The notes: a model not told the origin generated them from the letters alone. A stretch of DNA of 64,000 nucleotides from Octopus sinensis (GCF_006345805.1 NC_042998.1:64542001-64606000), one strand, 5' to 3'; shown: positions 12,603 to 26,981, counted from the stretch's first letter. A program made the numbers and translations.

Positions 12603-13095
12603 TATATATATAATATATATATATATATTATATATATATATACTTATATATACATATATATAAATACAGAACAAAATGAAATACTGCATGAAATGACATA
12701 TGAATAAATTGAAACGATTATAAACAGATACATTCTCAGTTCAAAAATCTGAAGCAGCAATGGTGTAATTATTCAAATTTGATTATCTGCTTTTAGTTGT
12801 GGTTATGATAGAAACCTTGGCATTGTTTGATGCAGTCTGCTTTATGTAATTGTTTATTTGCATTGTGTGTGAAAGGCTCTCTGTTCCTATCTGCGATTCA
12901 TATTCTCGATTATTTTCCGCATTAATTCTGCTATGATTTATTCCTCTCATGCAGTTTCTTTTTTCTGTTATATGTGAGTGTTTAGTGTTAAGCGAGTGCA
13001 TAGTCTTTGATCTTTTCTTTTTTTTTCATAATTTCTAGGTTTTGCGGTGAGTTGTGTAAATAAATGGTATATTGATGTGTTTGTCGTTTGATCAT

Positions 13096-13470
13096 GGAGG
13101 TGCATTGGCCCGATTGTTAGGACAGCGAACTACCGGTCGTAGGATCGCACTTCCGATTCCCAGACCGGGCATTGTGAGTGTTTATTGAGCGAAAACACCT
13201 AAACGACCTCGAGACTCCGGCAGTGGGGCGTGGCGAAATCTGCTGTACACTTTCACCACAACTTTCTCTCATTATTTCTTCCTGTTTCTGTTGTACCTGT
13301 ATTTCAAGGGGAAAGCCTTATCACACTCTGTGTCACATTGAATATCCCCGAGAAATTCGTTAAGGGTACACGTGTCTTTAGAGTGCTCAGCCACATGTGC
13401 GTTAATTTCACGAGCAGGCTGTTCCTTCGATCGGAACATCTGGAACCCTCGTCATAATAACAGACGGAGC
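13096..13470 (+). mobile_element. tRNA-derived SINE
   Basis: Degenerate tRNA head; the body tgagtgtttattgagcgaaaacacctaaa is shared with 56838-57140. Confidence 0.7.
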
Positions 13471-13518
13471 CTCACGATATTTATTCTGAATATATCTCAT
13501 AAGTTCAGAATATGATCA

Positions 13519-13618
13519 NNNNNNNNNNNNNNNNNNNNNNNNNNNNNNNNNNNNNNNNNNNNNNNNNNNNNNNNNNNNNNNNNNNNNNNNNNNNNNNNNN
13601 NNNNNNNNNNNNNNNNNN
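13519..13618. other. Assembly gap (100 N)
   Basis: Run of N. Confidence 1.
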
Positions 13619-13699
13619 TCATGGGGTCTATTTCCGCTCTGATGTTTTTTGGTATGATATTAAAGCACCGGTTGACCAAAGCCTTGTGAGTGTTGAACT

Positions 13700-14470
13700 A
13701 TTGTTAAGTTCATGAGTTCGATTTTCGTAGTGGGAGAATAGCATGGGAACCGTGGGGACCACGTTTTCTGATACCTGGCCAGAAGTGAAGTAGACTGATT
13801 ACATCACAGGCAAAATATGATATTGGTTGAGGCAGATCCAGGTGGTTTCATTCAACATTTTCTAACCCAAGATCGGTGTTGGTTTCGGAAACAAAGAAAC
13901 AATCCATGCAGTAAAAACACCCCTCCTCACCCTCCGCAAAGAAGGCCAATGTCGTTTCATCTTCAGGGACAGTGATGACCTCAGTTATTTTGGGATGCAA
14001 AGCGCATTGTGCTTATTAATAATGTTTAAAATACTCACACCATCAATGGAGAGAACTAACCCAACATGCTGCGGCAGTTACGAAAGACTATCAACATCAA
14101 ACACTCAGGAAAACTGAAGAAAGATGTCGTTTTCCATGAAGACAATGTTGCTGCATACAAACACTTGGTTTCAATAGCTGCTATGCGTGATTGTGGTTAA
14201 TTTCCCCCCTATTCCTCTTATACGGCCACATCTGATTATCATCTCGCCCCAACGAAAAATAACTACATACTAGGAAATGGTGCCACCCTGATTATTATAT
14301 CATATGAGCTGCTGAGGAAACTTTTAATGAAGGGTATGAAAGTTTCTTCACTAACGGGATCTAAGCACTGTAACATAGATAGAGGAAGTGTGTGGACCGC
14401 AAGAGGGACTCAATTGGTCATATTTCTTGAAAGTATCTTGGTCAGCCTATGAACTTATCGGCGGAATCTC
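13700..14470 (+). mobile_element. Decayed mariner transposase fragment
   Basis: FHEDNVAAY (HQDNAPAH-like) and PYSSYTATSDYHL (YSPDLAPSDYHL-like). Confidence 0.65.
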
Positions 14471-14582
14471 GAGCCACTGTATGTATGGTTGTCTTACATT
14501 TAGAGTAGTTAATACGTATTGAATGAAACATGTTCTCTCAATATATCTTTCTCTCACTCTCTTTCTCTTTCTCCCTCCCACT

Positions 14583-14618
<36 letters not shown>

Positions 14619-15203
14619 TCATAAATTTGTTTTGCAAGATTCCTGGTGGGTCGTCGTGTATTGAAACAGATATTGTTGTATTTCTGGATGGCCATTTTGT
14701 TTCCTTTGACAAATAAACACATTTGTTCTTCCCTCGTTTATTACCGTTCTTTGTTCAGAAATCTCTCATTACACATCTGTAACCTCCTCATGCTTATTTC
14801 ATTGGTATAAGCAGAACAAGAGCAGGCACGAAAACAAAGTGTATCGCTAAGGGTGTCACAGATGTGTGACGATAGCTGAGTGACGAGTGAAGAACGAATA
14901 TGTTGTGCGTGTTTATATTTGGCAAAAAAAATTACCATGCTGAAATACAACAATATACATATATATATATAATTGAGTAGTTGAATGAATTATCTTATTA
15001 TGGATAATTCGGTTAACCGATACCTGGGTAGCAAATTCACGTCAGAAAAACACGGTTGAAGCTACATGCCTAGGGCAGAAATCACGTGCTATCGTGTGAA
15101 AATTTGTGTGTCTTTTTGAATACAAATAAATGAAAGAATGGGCTCCGTGTGGGCAGGCATCTAAAAGTTTTTGTGCATCTTGATGCTGACATAAGTTCCT
15201 TAC

Positions 15204-15286
15204 TTTTCCTGATGAGAAGGCGGCATAATGCACCCCTTATTTCTTCGAAATTAGGAATATGCGGCCTTCGAAACATATGTCGAAAA
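15204..15286 (+). ncRNA. Type I hammerhead ribozyme with long stem II
   Basis: ttttc-CTGATGA-gaaggc..gcata..tatgc..gccttc-GAAAC-atat-GTC-gaaaa; canonical core; palindromic ACATATGT. Confidence 0.88.
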
Positions 15287-15339
15287 TAAAATAAAGGAAT
15301 TTTGTTAATTCGTCGTTCAACTCCATTCTTTCATTTATT

Positions 15340-15374
<35 letters not shown>

Positions 15375-16548
15375 GTACATGTGTGTATGTGTAAAGATAG
15401 TTACACTGAGACGCACATAAACATTCACAGACACGAGATGTTTATGCAAGTGGAATATTTTTCATGCAAAAATCAATAATCTTGCGTTCTTTCTTAGTAT
15501 AGCTTAGATTTTAAGAAATGGTGCTCCAATGTTTTATGGAATTAGTGAAATTACATCACGTTATGAAATCTAACATATTTTTACAATGCTTTGCATGGCG
15601 ACATAACGTCTGATGAGCATTTATCGCTGTTAATCAACACGATATGATAAATGAGGTCTTATTAGACATATTACGAACTATTATTCGATACGACTTGGTT
15701 ATTACTCAACACACACGATAGTTTATCAGACACGTGTTCATCATAACATTTTGTTTTTATCCGTTATTGAAACACGATCATTTCTTTATATGTGTGAATA
15801 TGACATCCGATAAGTACAAGGAAACAGTATATAATAGACTCACACATACAGACACACAGCTGCACTCATACCTATATGTACACAAGCATTTATGCATATA
15901 TATGTGTGTGCGTGTGTGTGTGTGTATGTATGTATGTATAAATAAAATTACGATTCTGTTGAATTAGGCACTTAAAATGAGGTATCTTGTTAGGTCAGAG
16001 TAACATGCATACTCAACAATATTAAGTGAATCTGAGACTTAGTATATAAGTGTCGGTCAGACGATATTCTTGCAGTGTATGCAGATAATAAGACCTAGCC
16101 GAGTGAAGAAATCCATTCTTAGCTATTGAAACAGTTTTTTTTTTATATTAAAAATACTGTCTATGATATTTACGAAACGTCGATTCCACGATAGGTGAAT
16201 AAAATATAATCAACAAACAGGTGCAGTTATCAATCCATTACGGCAGTGACAAAAATGTACAGGTGTCAGTTTATTACGACTCCTTAAATTGATTAATGAG
16301 AACAATGCAGCATTGTAATGATAACCTTTTCGTCAAATGACTTCATGAACTTTAAAATTAAAGCACAGTACGACTAATTGAACAAAGTTAATAAATTCAC
16401 GGAGTAACAATATTTAGATCGATCCTGCTACAACTCATTTAGCAGAATGGACTTACCAGAACAGTGTATGTTTGGCCAGAACAAAGAAGATTTTACGGGT
16501 TATTAGAGATTATATTAGGGGAGTACATAATTGATACAGGCGAACCAA

Positions 16549-16599
16549 GTACAAGTATGCATAATTGGTACCATAGGTACCAATTATGCATTCTTGTAC
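16549..16599. repeat. Near-perfect 24-bp-arm hairpin
   Basis: gtacaagtatgcataattggtacc-ata-ggtaccaattatgcattcttgtac, one mismatch. Confidence 0.9.
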
Positions 16600-17166
16600 C
16601 ATAAAAGAAACATTTAATTCTTCAACTTATTCCTGACTTTGTAGTTTTCCACGTACATTTTTCTTTACCATAATTTGCTTCCACCTTTCTCTTTTCTCTG
16701 GACTTGTTTCTGCTATCCACGAGGAGTCGGCATCGAAAATCATATTTTTACATCCAGCGGAATGTAAATGTACAGACTACGTGGATTTGAATGACAGTCA
16801 TAGATGAATTTAGGGTACTAAGTTTTGTCTCTACAGAGCGCTTAAAATGTATTCGCCTGGGTTTCTAATAACTTTTATTTTTCTATACTTCGGATATATG
16901 TTACTAAGAATGCGAGTGTATATTTTATGATAGAATTAAGTTGTAAAGTTTCGTAAACTATGAAATATAGGCTAATATTATCAATTTTATTCATAGAGAA
17001 ATATGCTGTCACATTAAGTTTCAATGCTGTTTAATTCAATGAGAAAGCTGGCAACCTATATATATGTCCGTTTATAATTATATTCTATTGGAGAATATAT
17101 CAATATGACAGCTACAAAAACAAAATTACGAATGCAGCTACAAACACCATTTATGCGTGTGTCAGT

Positions 17167-17312
17167 CATATGTTCGGGGAACAGGGTATGCAGGGGTTGC
17201 AAGGGGAGCGAACCGACCTCCTAAAATTTAGTGTGGCAATGAAAGCCCTTTGAATATCCTCCCGAAAAATTGCGTTTGCATCACCAAAGCAAAATTAGTT
17301 CCCGCACTTATG
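17167..17312. mobile_element. Possible old MITE
   Basis: Imperfect TIRs catatgttcggggaac / gttcccgcacttatg around a GC-richer core. Confidence 0.3.
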
Positions 17313-20300
17313 ATATTAATATGCGTGCGCGCTCGTGTGTGTGTGACTACCCTTATGGCAAAATTTGAAACCGTTATCATATTCTGTATTTAATTATACA
17401 CATTCGTATGCAGACATCTGGCCCTTCGTAGAATTATTTGCTTTATTTTTTCAATATTACCATTATTACAAGAAAAGGTACTAAACGAAGCTCAGAAAAG
17501 CCCCCTATTTAATTGCTCACTCATAGGGAATTTCTTCCTGTCAATGAAATTCCCTGACCTATAAGAGGTTTATGAAAATATGAAGGCCCTCACTTCCAAC
17601 GAATCAACATTTATTTCTTTAAAATATTCCTATTACTAATACTAGTAGCTTTATGAAATTCGCGACTAACTGATATCGTCAATGTGGCAGCTGAGGTTTG
17701 CATAAATCGGATAACAAAATGGCGCTCTAATTAGTGTTGATGATCTGTAATATCTGTTTCGGAGATAAATGTTGTCCTTAACGATACTAAATAATTTGGA
17801 TTTTTATTGGCATGGATTGTAATACATTATACATCAGGTAACTTTGCAGCTGCACTTTTTTTCATATTGCTGGATATAGATAACACACGGCTAGTGAAGG
17901 AATTAGACATACTACCATGTATAAAACACGAAAGAATTTTAAGGTATTTCACATAATCATTAATCGATTTGACGCTTCATAAATTCAATGTATTGATTCT
18001 TATATTAATTACTGCAGCAGGTGAATCTCTTACTTTCTATACGGACTCTTACACACGAAATATTAAAAATAATGTCAGATGTTCCTGATATATCTACTTC
18101 AATAATTTTGTGCTCACGAATACCTTATCATCTGTTTAACGATCTCAATGTGCCATTCATATACTGTTTATCTTTTAAAGTTAGCTTTGCAGGTTTAGGG
18201 CCGTTTTCTATCTATATTTCTATCTGATGGATCCATCTTAATAGTTCCGGATGTTACGCTATCCACGTTATATGAAATTACGATTTTTTTCTTGTTATTC
18301 ACAGAGTCGTAGTTACAATTTAATTTGTAAGTTTATCTTTATTAATGGTGGAAGGAATATAAAATCCTTACGTGAATGTTTTAATTTAGTGTTGCACATA
18401 ACTATTGTTTTTACCTAACTTCCGCTTCAACGGAAACCATCATTACTCCATTACACATTATCACTATAAATCTTTTCATCAGTGAAATGTTTCCTGATTC
18501 CAATCGATATGTTCCCTATTGGAAAATTTATGACGAACTTAGAGTGATTAGAAATTATATGTATGTGTTGCAAACCCTTCGTGGAAAGGGTAATATAAAC
18601 CAGAATTTATGTGAAATTTTATAACTTTGAAGTTACTAACTGCGATATTCTTGTTGAAATCAATAGAAAGCTCAGATTTCTGAAGATTTTATGGACGCAA
18701 TTCCTAAGCTGACATAAAATAGTTCATTGTTGGGATGTAGAATCATCCCTGAATATATAACCAACTATTCCAGATATATTTTATTAAGTTTCTCAAGGAG
18801 AACATAATCCATAGTATAAGAAATATGAATTGAAATAAATACCTCAAGGTTGTAACATAACCGCCTCTGGATTTACAATCATGGTATTGACCTTCGCAAA
18901 GAATTAATATATCTTTCGCTGGTAAAACTATATCAGTTTCATTGTATATTTATACAGTAATTTTCCTACTCACTTATATAAATTATCAGAAATATTTACA
19001 ATTTGGTAGCTACAACTGACACATTCTTGGTTTGATAGAATATAATTATAAATTCCTAACCTTCCCAAAATTTGGGGCATAGATATCTGCACTGTTAAGG
19101 GCGTTTTACTTTTTGATCACTTATCGGTCATTTAATTATAGTCGCTATTATATTAATCACACACGTATTCATCATATCGATAATTAATGCAGTATCAAAT
19201 CTTAGGCTACCATACCGAAAATATTGGCGAAAAGCCCAGGCAAAGCAATGTATTTACAAAAATATTAAATATTTACAGAACTAATCAAAATTAGATAAAA
19301 CAATTCTTTTAAATGTTGCTAGGGCCAGCAGCTCTAGAGGGTGATAATCGAAACGGGCAATTTTCATAAACACTCCAAAGTTAATCTTCATGGAATATCT
19401 TAATGAAAGTTTGCTTCATGTCACATATAATTACGGAACACTGGCGACAACATGAATGACTATGCCCTGGTGCAGACTTTGTACTGAAATGAGTGAGACG
19501 AGAGGGTGGACTACAGGAAATATGAATATACAATTATATAGATCTAATCTGATCTTAATTGAATTCTCAATGGCCACGGAAAACACATGAATATAAAAAC
19601 ATGTAATACATATTCTGATACATATTTCACATGTTTACAGAACAGTGATATTCACGTAGGTAACATCTCTTTACACAAAATAATTATGAGCTGCAATGAA
19701 TGTCATGAATTATATCGAAACGATGTTAGTTTGAAATTTGACAGAAGACTGCAAGTGAGCATACTTGGGATAGATCTCACGAATAGATCATGAAAATAAG
19801 TGGAAGAAGATTGTAAGCAACGACAAGCTTTTTTAGTACTCTATCAACATACTAAAGATAAACATGACAGGCGGCTGAATAATACACTTATAAATTACAA
19901 TAATAAACACCAACTATCACTTAATAGAAACACAATGCCGTTAAAGTGTATAGAGCACACACTCAGTACCATATTAATGTGTTAAACACACGCCTGAATG
20001 TATTGCGCGAGTGAGAAGGTAGACGCTTTCCGTCCGTAGGCGAAGTATAGTTGATGAGCATTCAAATTCCTTTTTCCACGAGTCATCGAAAAAGTCATTA
20101 AATTTCCACTTAAACAGTACCATATACAAAACACGCGACGCCACTGGACTATTTACGCAAACACACGCACTGATGCCTGTTTACTGGCGCACACATACGC
20201 ACACAAGCAGTCAAGCGAAAAGGGAAGAAGCACTAATCATGATATATAAACGTTCTACCATCTACAGTGTAGATTCTAGACATGTCGCAAAAATCCACAC

Positions 20301-20499
20301 CATGCACATACACGAATGTGCTCCCGCACAGACATGCACACTAGCACCAATACACATTTTATCGACCTGGCAAAGAAAGTAAGGAAAGATCGACCACGGG
20401 GGAAACTGAAATAAGAAGGTGAAGATTGAAAGACTGCGGCTGAACATTTTGTCCGTCGCCATATCACGGTTTCAACCATAATAATAATAATAATAATAA

Positions 20500-21489
20500 A
20501 TACCCAAAGAGAGCGAGTAATGCAGATATCGAAAAAGCCCTGACCCATCAATGGCTAATGGCCTCTGGCTTAAAATCTGAAACAGAGGGGTTTATCATAG
20601 CAGCTCAAGATCAATGCCTACCAACAAGAAACTACCAGGCCAACATATTAAAGAACGGCAGTAGCCCAACATGTCGTGTATGCCGACAACAAAATGAAAC
20701 CATTGACCATGTTGTCTCCAAATGCAGTCTTCTAGCGCCTACAGAGTACGTCAGTAGGCATGATAGAGCTGCACAATATATTCACTGGGTAATTTGCAAA
20801 AACCTGGATTGGCCCCATGAAAAAAACTGGTGGGAACACAATCCACCTCCTGTGCTTGAAAATGACCACATCTCACTCCTCTGGAACTTCACCATTCAAA
20901 CTGACAGGAAGATAGATGCAAATAGGCCAGACATTATATTGAAAGACTTCAGACAAAGAACATGCCTCCTCATTGATATGACTGTCCCAATCGATATAAA
21001 CGTATCTGTCAAGACCTACCAAAAACTGAGCAAATATAAAGATCTTGAAATAGAAATCAGCAAAATGTGGAAGCTGAAGACTAAAACAATACCTGTTGTC
21101 ATAGGTGCCCTGGGAATGATAGCGAAAGGGACTGATTGCTACCTAACTCAGATACCAGGAAACCCCAATATGGCAGAAATTCAAAAGATAGTGCTCATGG
21201 GAACTGCTCATATCCTACGCAAAATACTCTCTATGTAATCCCAAGGTTTAAAACAAACTTTTTTTTTTATTTAATCCCAAGGTTTAAAACAAACTTTTTA
21301 TTTATTTATTTATTTTTTATTTTATTTATTTATTTTTTTTATGTATTAGACATTCACTAGTACAACACAAAAACAAAGAAAGAAAAAAACCCAAATATAT
21401 GGCACAGAACGTCTAACCTGTTGTCTCTTGAGGTCTCTGGGTGAGACTTGGAGCCAACTTGTACAGATATAAAGCAAAAGTCAAACATA

Positions 21490-21490
<1 letters not shown>
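20500..21490 (+). mobile_element. R4/Dong-like non-LTR retrotransposon 3' portion (ORF 20558-21238: CCHC finger and RLE endonuclease) inserted in (AAT)n
   Basis: ETEGFIIAAQDQ, CRVC..ETIDHVVSKC, RHD, NRPDI, IDMTVP, KxxKYxDL; AAT repeats on both sides. Confidence 0.9.
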
Positions 21491-21552
<62 letters not shown>

Positions 21553-21561
21553 GGAGGAGAA

Positions 21562-21625
<64 letters not shown>

Positions 21626-21633
21626 AAGAAGAA

Positions 21634-21664
<31 letters not shown>

Positions 21665-21673
21665 AAGAAGAAG
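21491..21673. repeat. (AAT)n followed by (AAG)n microsatellite
   Basis: Direct reading. Confidence 0.95.
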
Positions 21674-21679
21674 CGGAAC

Positions 21680-22070
21680 TAGTGGTGATGGACAAGGTGC
21701 GCCACATGTGCTATATAGCTGATATTGCATGTCTGTTTGACCCACGAATAGTCAAGAAGGAAGGCGAAAATATAGATATATACAACTCTCTTAGGATCGA
21801 AATAGCCCGGCTATGGAAAATGAAGAATGTGAACATAGTACCAATTATTGTTGGGTCCATAGGTACAGTATCGGAAACTATCAAGAGGTATATAAATGAA
21901 ACAAGGTATAGAAATGTAACACAAGTTTTGCTTCCTTGGCACGACCAATGTAAACAGGAAAGCATTAGATAGCTGAAAAGAACGGATAGCCTGGTACCGT
22001 AGGCGGCAGGTACCAAGCCCATTACACATTGAAAACTGCAGGACCTGAAACAAAACCTGCGATAAAGAGA
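21680..22070 (+). mobile_element. R4/Dong-like 3' fragment (second family)
   Basis: CYIADIACLFD..EIARLWKMKNVNIVPIIVGSIGTV; ends at (AAT)n. Confidence 0.75.
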
Positions 22071-22089
22071 AATAATAATAATAATCATG

Positions 22090-22152
<63 letters not shown>

Positions 22153-22156
<4 letters not shown>

Positions 22157-22343
22157 TATTCAGAAAAATACATAACAAAAACACCAGGACTTACAAACAC
22201 ATATAACATACAGAAAACTGCACTACTAGGCACTGCCCACATCCTACGCAGAACATTTTCCATACAATAACCATCAGAGCATTACAACAAATCACTACGC
22301 TCGGTAGTGAAGTGAAAGCACGCTATAAAAATAAAACTACTGG
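22153..22343 (+). mobile_element. R4/Dong-like extreme 3' end between (AAT)n arrays
   Basis: NIQKTALLGTAHILRRT, matching the C-terminus of the 20558-21238 ORF. Confidence 0.75.
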
Positions 22344-22346
22344 ATG

Positions 22347-22407
<61 letters not shown>

Positions 22408-22519
22408 GTATTATTATTATTATTATTTTTATTATTATTATTATTATCATTATTATTATAATAACAACAACAATAATAATAATAATGATGATGAAAATAA
22501 TAATATTAATAATGAACAG

Positions 22520-23460
22520 TAATTGAACCGTAGGCTGCAAGGAGCAAGCCCGTTACGCATGCAAGAGTCCAGTAGTTGAAATAAGAAAACCAGCGATAAA
22601 GGGTAAAGAACGTGGAATACAATATTTTCTCTACACTTGAGGAAGCGTTAAAATCTGAAACATAAACATGTTTCACTGATACAGTAAACCAAGGAAACAA
22701 CAGGACTGTAATGGTTAAAGAGCTAAAAGAACAACATGAAAAAAATTACAAAACGTGCTCCAGAATGAAAAGACGAGAAAAACCACTCCATGGTGAGTAC
22801 TTTGTTCGGTGGCGAAGTAAGCCAAAGGGAAAGTCAAAAATGGAGAAATCCCTTTGGCCTAAAAGTAGAAACGGCGGGACTGATCCTCAAGACGAATGTT
22901 TTAGTACGAACACCGGTAAGAAAAGAATGTGAAAATGGGTCGTAACGCCAAATACAGAATGACCAATGCAATGAGATTCTGCCTGATATAAATACGTACA
23001 CAGGCATTATAGACTAGGCGCCCGCACCAATTTAGCCACGTACAAAGATGTCCATTACAAATGCAATAAGGGATAGAAGTATGTCAGTGTAGGTAACATG
23101 CGCTAGCTACATAAATCCGGTATTTGGCTGTCGACTTTAACAAAGACATTAAGAGAAATCGCACAGATGTAATAATAAGAGACTTGAAAACGAGCACATG
23201 TACACCGATTCACATCACAATCATTTCTGTTTAGAATGTAGTCCGAAAACAAACAAATAATCTATAAAATTTCAAGTACCTTTAATTTGAAATATTCAAG
23301 ATGTGGGGCTTGACTCTTGAATTAATACTGTTAATATTTTGATCATTAAGTTTGAATAATAATGTGACAGAAACCATATCAGGTCTCATACATTACACAC
23401 TGCTCACAAATTAGCTCTGCTAACACGAGTCCTCATTATGCACATGACACTATCAGTTCA
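22520..23460 (+). mobile_element. Highly decayed R4/Dong-like fragment
   Basis: EKPLHGEY and traces of ET..QD and PD-like motifs. Confidence 0.45.
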
Positions 23461-24857
23461 ATAGATTAAATGACAATTCACTGGAATAGCCAAAATAGAA
23501 CAAAACTTCATACACGACGCACACCTTATAAAATAAGCACCTAATATTCTTGTACAGCACAACACGCGCAACATATAACGTACAGGATTAAGCCCAATAT
23601 TCAGGTATTTCACACCGCCAAAGCTATGCAAGAATATCTGTAACTCTATATCTGCCGTTTTACGTTTAAAACCATCTACAAGTAATGATATTGAGCAATT
23701 CAACTAGACACTCCGTGGCAAGATCTGATACTCGCCAACAATAACTTGTCTTACCAAATGTTGCAAGATCCCAACATATATCCATCCAAGCTGGTATCAT
23801 CTTTTGTTATATTCATGTTTCTTTACATTCAGCTGACTTTTATATATTAATTATATATAAATTTACTTATATGTAACTTTAAAGCGCTTACTTTCTAAAC
23901 TTGCCATTGGAATTGATAAATCAACTCATAATTTAATGGAGTTTCTCGTTGCATTAAATATCCAAATGTATGATGGGTTTTTAAATGTTTCTGGTAGACA
24001 TAAGATAATTGATTATATGAATTATACAATATGCTAGTAAGAAAATGTGTGTTATATTTTCTATATAATAGGTTTCTTCGCAACAAGAAAAAGATGGTAC
24101 ATACATCTTATAAATGACATTTTACTCCGCCATCAAATAAATCGTTAATGTCTGAAAACACTGAAATAGTTGACATATAATGGGTGATAGATGTAATTCA
24201 CAATACATTCAAAATCTAAAGCCTGTATTCCTATCATTTATCACCACTACAAACAGGTCTACTAACGCGGCTACATTAATAAGATTTCCATTGTAGGAAG
24301 AGGTTTGAAAACGCACAACACCCATCTTTCCCATGGAAAACAATATTAAACTTCATCCATCACGTTCACAGCTATCAGGAGCAAATAGTTACTATACTTC
24401 TAAAACTGCTCTCAATATACATTTATAATTAACTTTAATTATTCGTAAGTCCACGTATCTTATATGGTCACACACACACGCACACACACACACACATACA
24501 CACATATATGAGGTCCATCTATTTGACTGAAGTCTTTCAAGACGGTGACCCAGCATGGCAGTCAAATGACTGAAACAAGTAAAAGGTAAGAAAAATGGTG
24601 TATATGTGTGTGTGTGTGTATTTTCGTTTCTCATTGTGTGTGTATGTGTATTTTCGTTTCTCATTGTGTTTAACGTTTTTTTTTCTATATCCGTACCCAT
24701 ATATGCATGTATATATACATATATACACGGGTTTCTACTGTACGGAGAATTTGTAATTGTATACGCAACTGGGAATAGAAACATTCTGCCTGACATTGTA
24801 ACATAAAAGAAAGAAATTTTGACGACGTACCAGATTACACATTCTCTATCGTTGTGA

Positions 24858-24895
<38 letters not shown>

Positions 24896-25007
24896 CATGG
24901 CGAATTTATGACATGACAACTAAACTCGTAAAATAACCGTTGAACCAGAGAATTTCTGTAACTTAATTATATAACTATCCGTGATGTAATCTAATACATC
25001 ATCAAAC

Positions 25008-25322
25008 CCGGGAGGTATTCTGATCTGAGACGCCCTTCGGTCATCACTGACCGTGCGATTGCACCAAGGAAGTTACCCTCCCAGGCACAACCGGGGCAAG
25101 GTTGTTTATGGAAGACCAGCATTCGTCTATGCATACCGGCCTCCCCTGTCCACGCCACCAGTGTGATCTAAGGAAAAGGCCGATATACCTTGGCACCTGT
25201 GACGTCGCACCTCATTTCAACAGCTGATTGAACTGGAGAAACGTGAAATAAAGTGTCTTGCTCAAGAACACAACACGCATCTCGGTTGGGGATTTGATCT
25301 CACAACCTCGCGATTGTAAGTC
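25008..25322 (-). mobile_element. tRNA-derived SINE
   Basis: Reverse complement of the family at 47346-47672. Confidence 0.8.
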
Positions 25323-25429
25323 TGTTTGTATATAATTATATATAAGGAGATGGAAGCGAATAACAAAAAATCAACATGATGTCATTATAGACACTTCAGA
25401 ACAGTTCTTTAAAACAGAGCTCCACCACG

Positions 25430-25610
25430 TCAGCATGCCGGACAAAATGCGCCACTGTTTTTCTTCTGGCTTTAAGTTCTGAACTCAAATTCGGTCGAGG
25501 TAAACTTTTGCTTTCCATAGACTACATAGCAGTTGTGGAATCTAGTCGATATAATCGGCTGACACGGTCTCTCCCCAAAATGTGACGCCGTGTGCCTATA
25601 GAGACAAGCA
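25430..25610 (+). mobile_element. Decayed SINE of the 29797-29995 family
   Basis: gttctgaactcaaattcggtcgaggtaaacttttgctttccat resembles the reverse complement of 29890-29930. Confidence 0.5.
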
Positions 25611-26629
25611 TATGCAACAGAAGAGCGATTTTCCTGAGATATAGGGAATAATTATTCAAGGGGAAATCTCAGCAGCTATGACGCAACTGAATAATAGGCA
25701 AATATCTATTGAGAAAATGAAATATGGTAACATTGGGGTTTCATCTGTTAATTGTGTTATCGAGTATCTCACATCAGGCATCAAGAGTAATTTGCAGCAT
25801 GTAGCTTTCGTCGTCCAAACACAGTAACATTTGCTAATAATAAATTGCGTAACAAGTCAGACATAGCGAAAATTATCCCACCCATTACAAAAGAATAAAT
25901 AAATAAATAAAAGTTCAGTTTGCACTCCTATGACAATCTGAATAATGTGCTATTAACGCAACTACTACTTACTACAACAATAATATCTTCACAGGCGCCC
26001 ATGCCAACGCATATGTGTATATGATATAGGCGTTTTTGTGTCTAATAAACATACATACGCAAGCACACATTCACGTGAGTGTCTTAGTCTGTGGCTATAC
26101 ATAATTACATACATCCCTATATAAATATATACATAGATAGATAGATAAATATATATATATATATATGTATGTATGTATGTATTTATATGTATAGGTAGAG
26201 TTATACGTCTGAATGCATGTATGTATGCTCTTCTATATGTGTGTTGTTTGTCGTGTGTGTGCGTGTGTCTGTAGTTGAGTAAATGCATATATATTATAAG
26301 TTAAAAATATGAAACATTAAAGTAACAAATATATTCGAAACATATCCAGAGTGTATTAACACAAAATTAAAAGAAAGCAAAACAAAAAATGTAAATATCA
26401 GGAAGAAAAATGTAATAAATAATTATTTTATAATGCAATTTGAAGCCACAGAGTGCTATAGACCGTGACATGTGGTTGAAATTGGTTCTGGAAATTATAA
26501 TTTATTTATTTGTTCATCCATTTAATGATTTAATATAGAGAACAACATTATTTCATATGACAGCATAGATTTAAATTCAAATTACACGATAACACTTTTG
26601 AAAATAATGATAAGAATCGTTACAAAGCT

Positions 26630-26981
26630 ATAAAAAAAGCATATACATACTCATATACATACACATATGCACATAAACCCACATATATATGTATATATAC
26701 ATACATACATTTATATATATATAAACATATATAGGCAGACAGATGAGCGTGTGTATATATTTATATGTATGCATATACAAACACATGTGCACATAAACCC
26801 ATACATATATATATATACATACATACATACACGCATTTATATATATAGTTATATATATATAGAGAGAGAGACATATATAGGCAGACAGTTATGCATGTGT
26901 GTATATTTATATGTATGCATATATATATACATATACATATATTTACATACATGTATATATATGCATATATATATATATATA

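Larger units (their letters stand above)
6205..13518 (+). repeat. Left arm of a 7.3-kb inverted duplication
   Basis: ORFs mirror those at 31496-38810 (coordinate sum about 45014); the arm ends at the N gap. Confidence 0.97.

Noticed and set aside
15610-15635. ctgatgagc..gc as a hammerhead
   Set aside because: No GAAA follows
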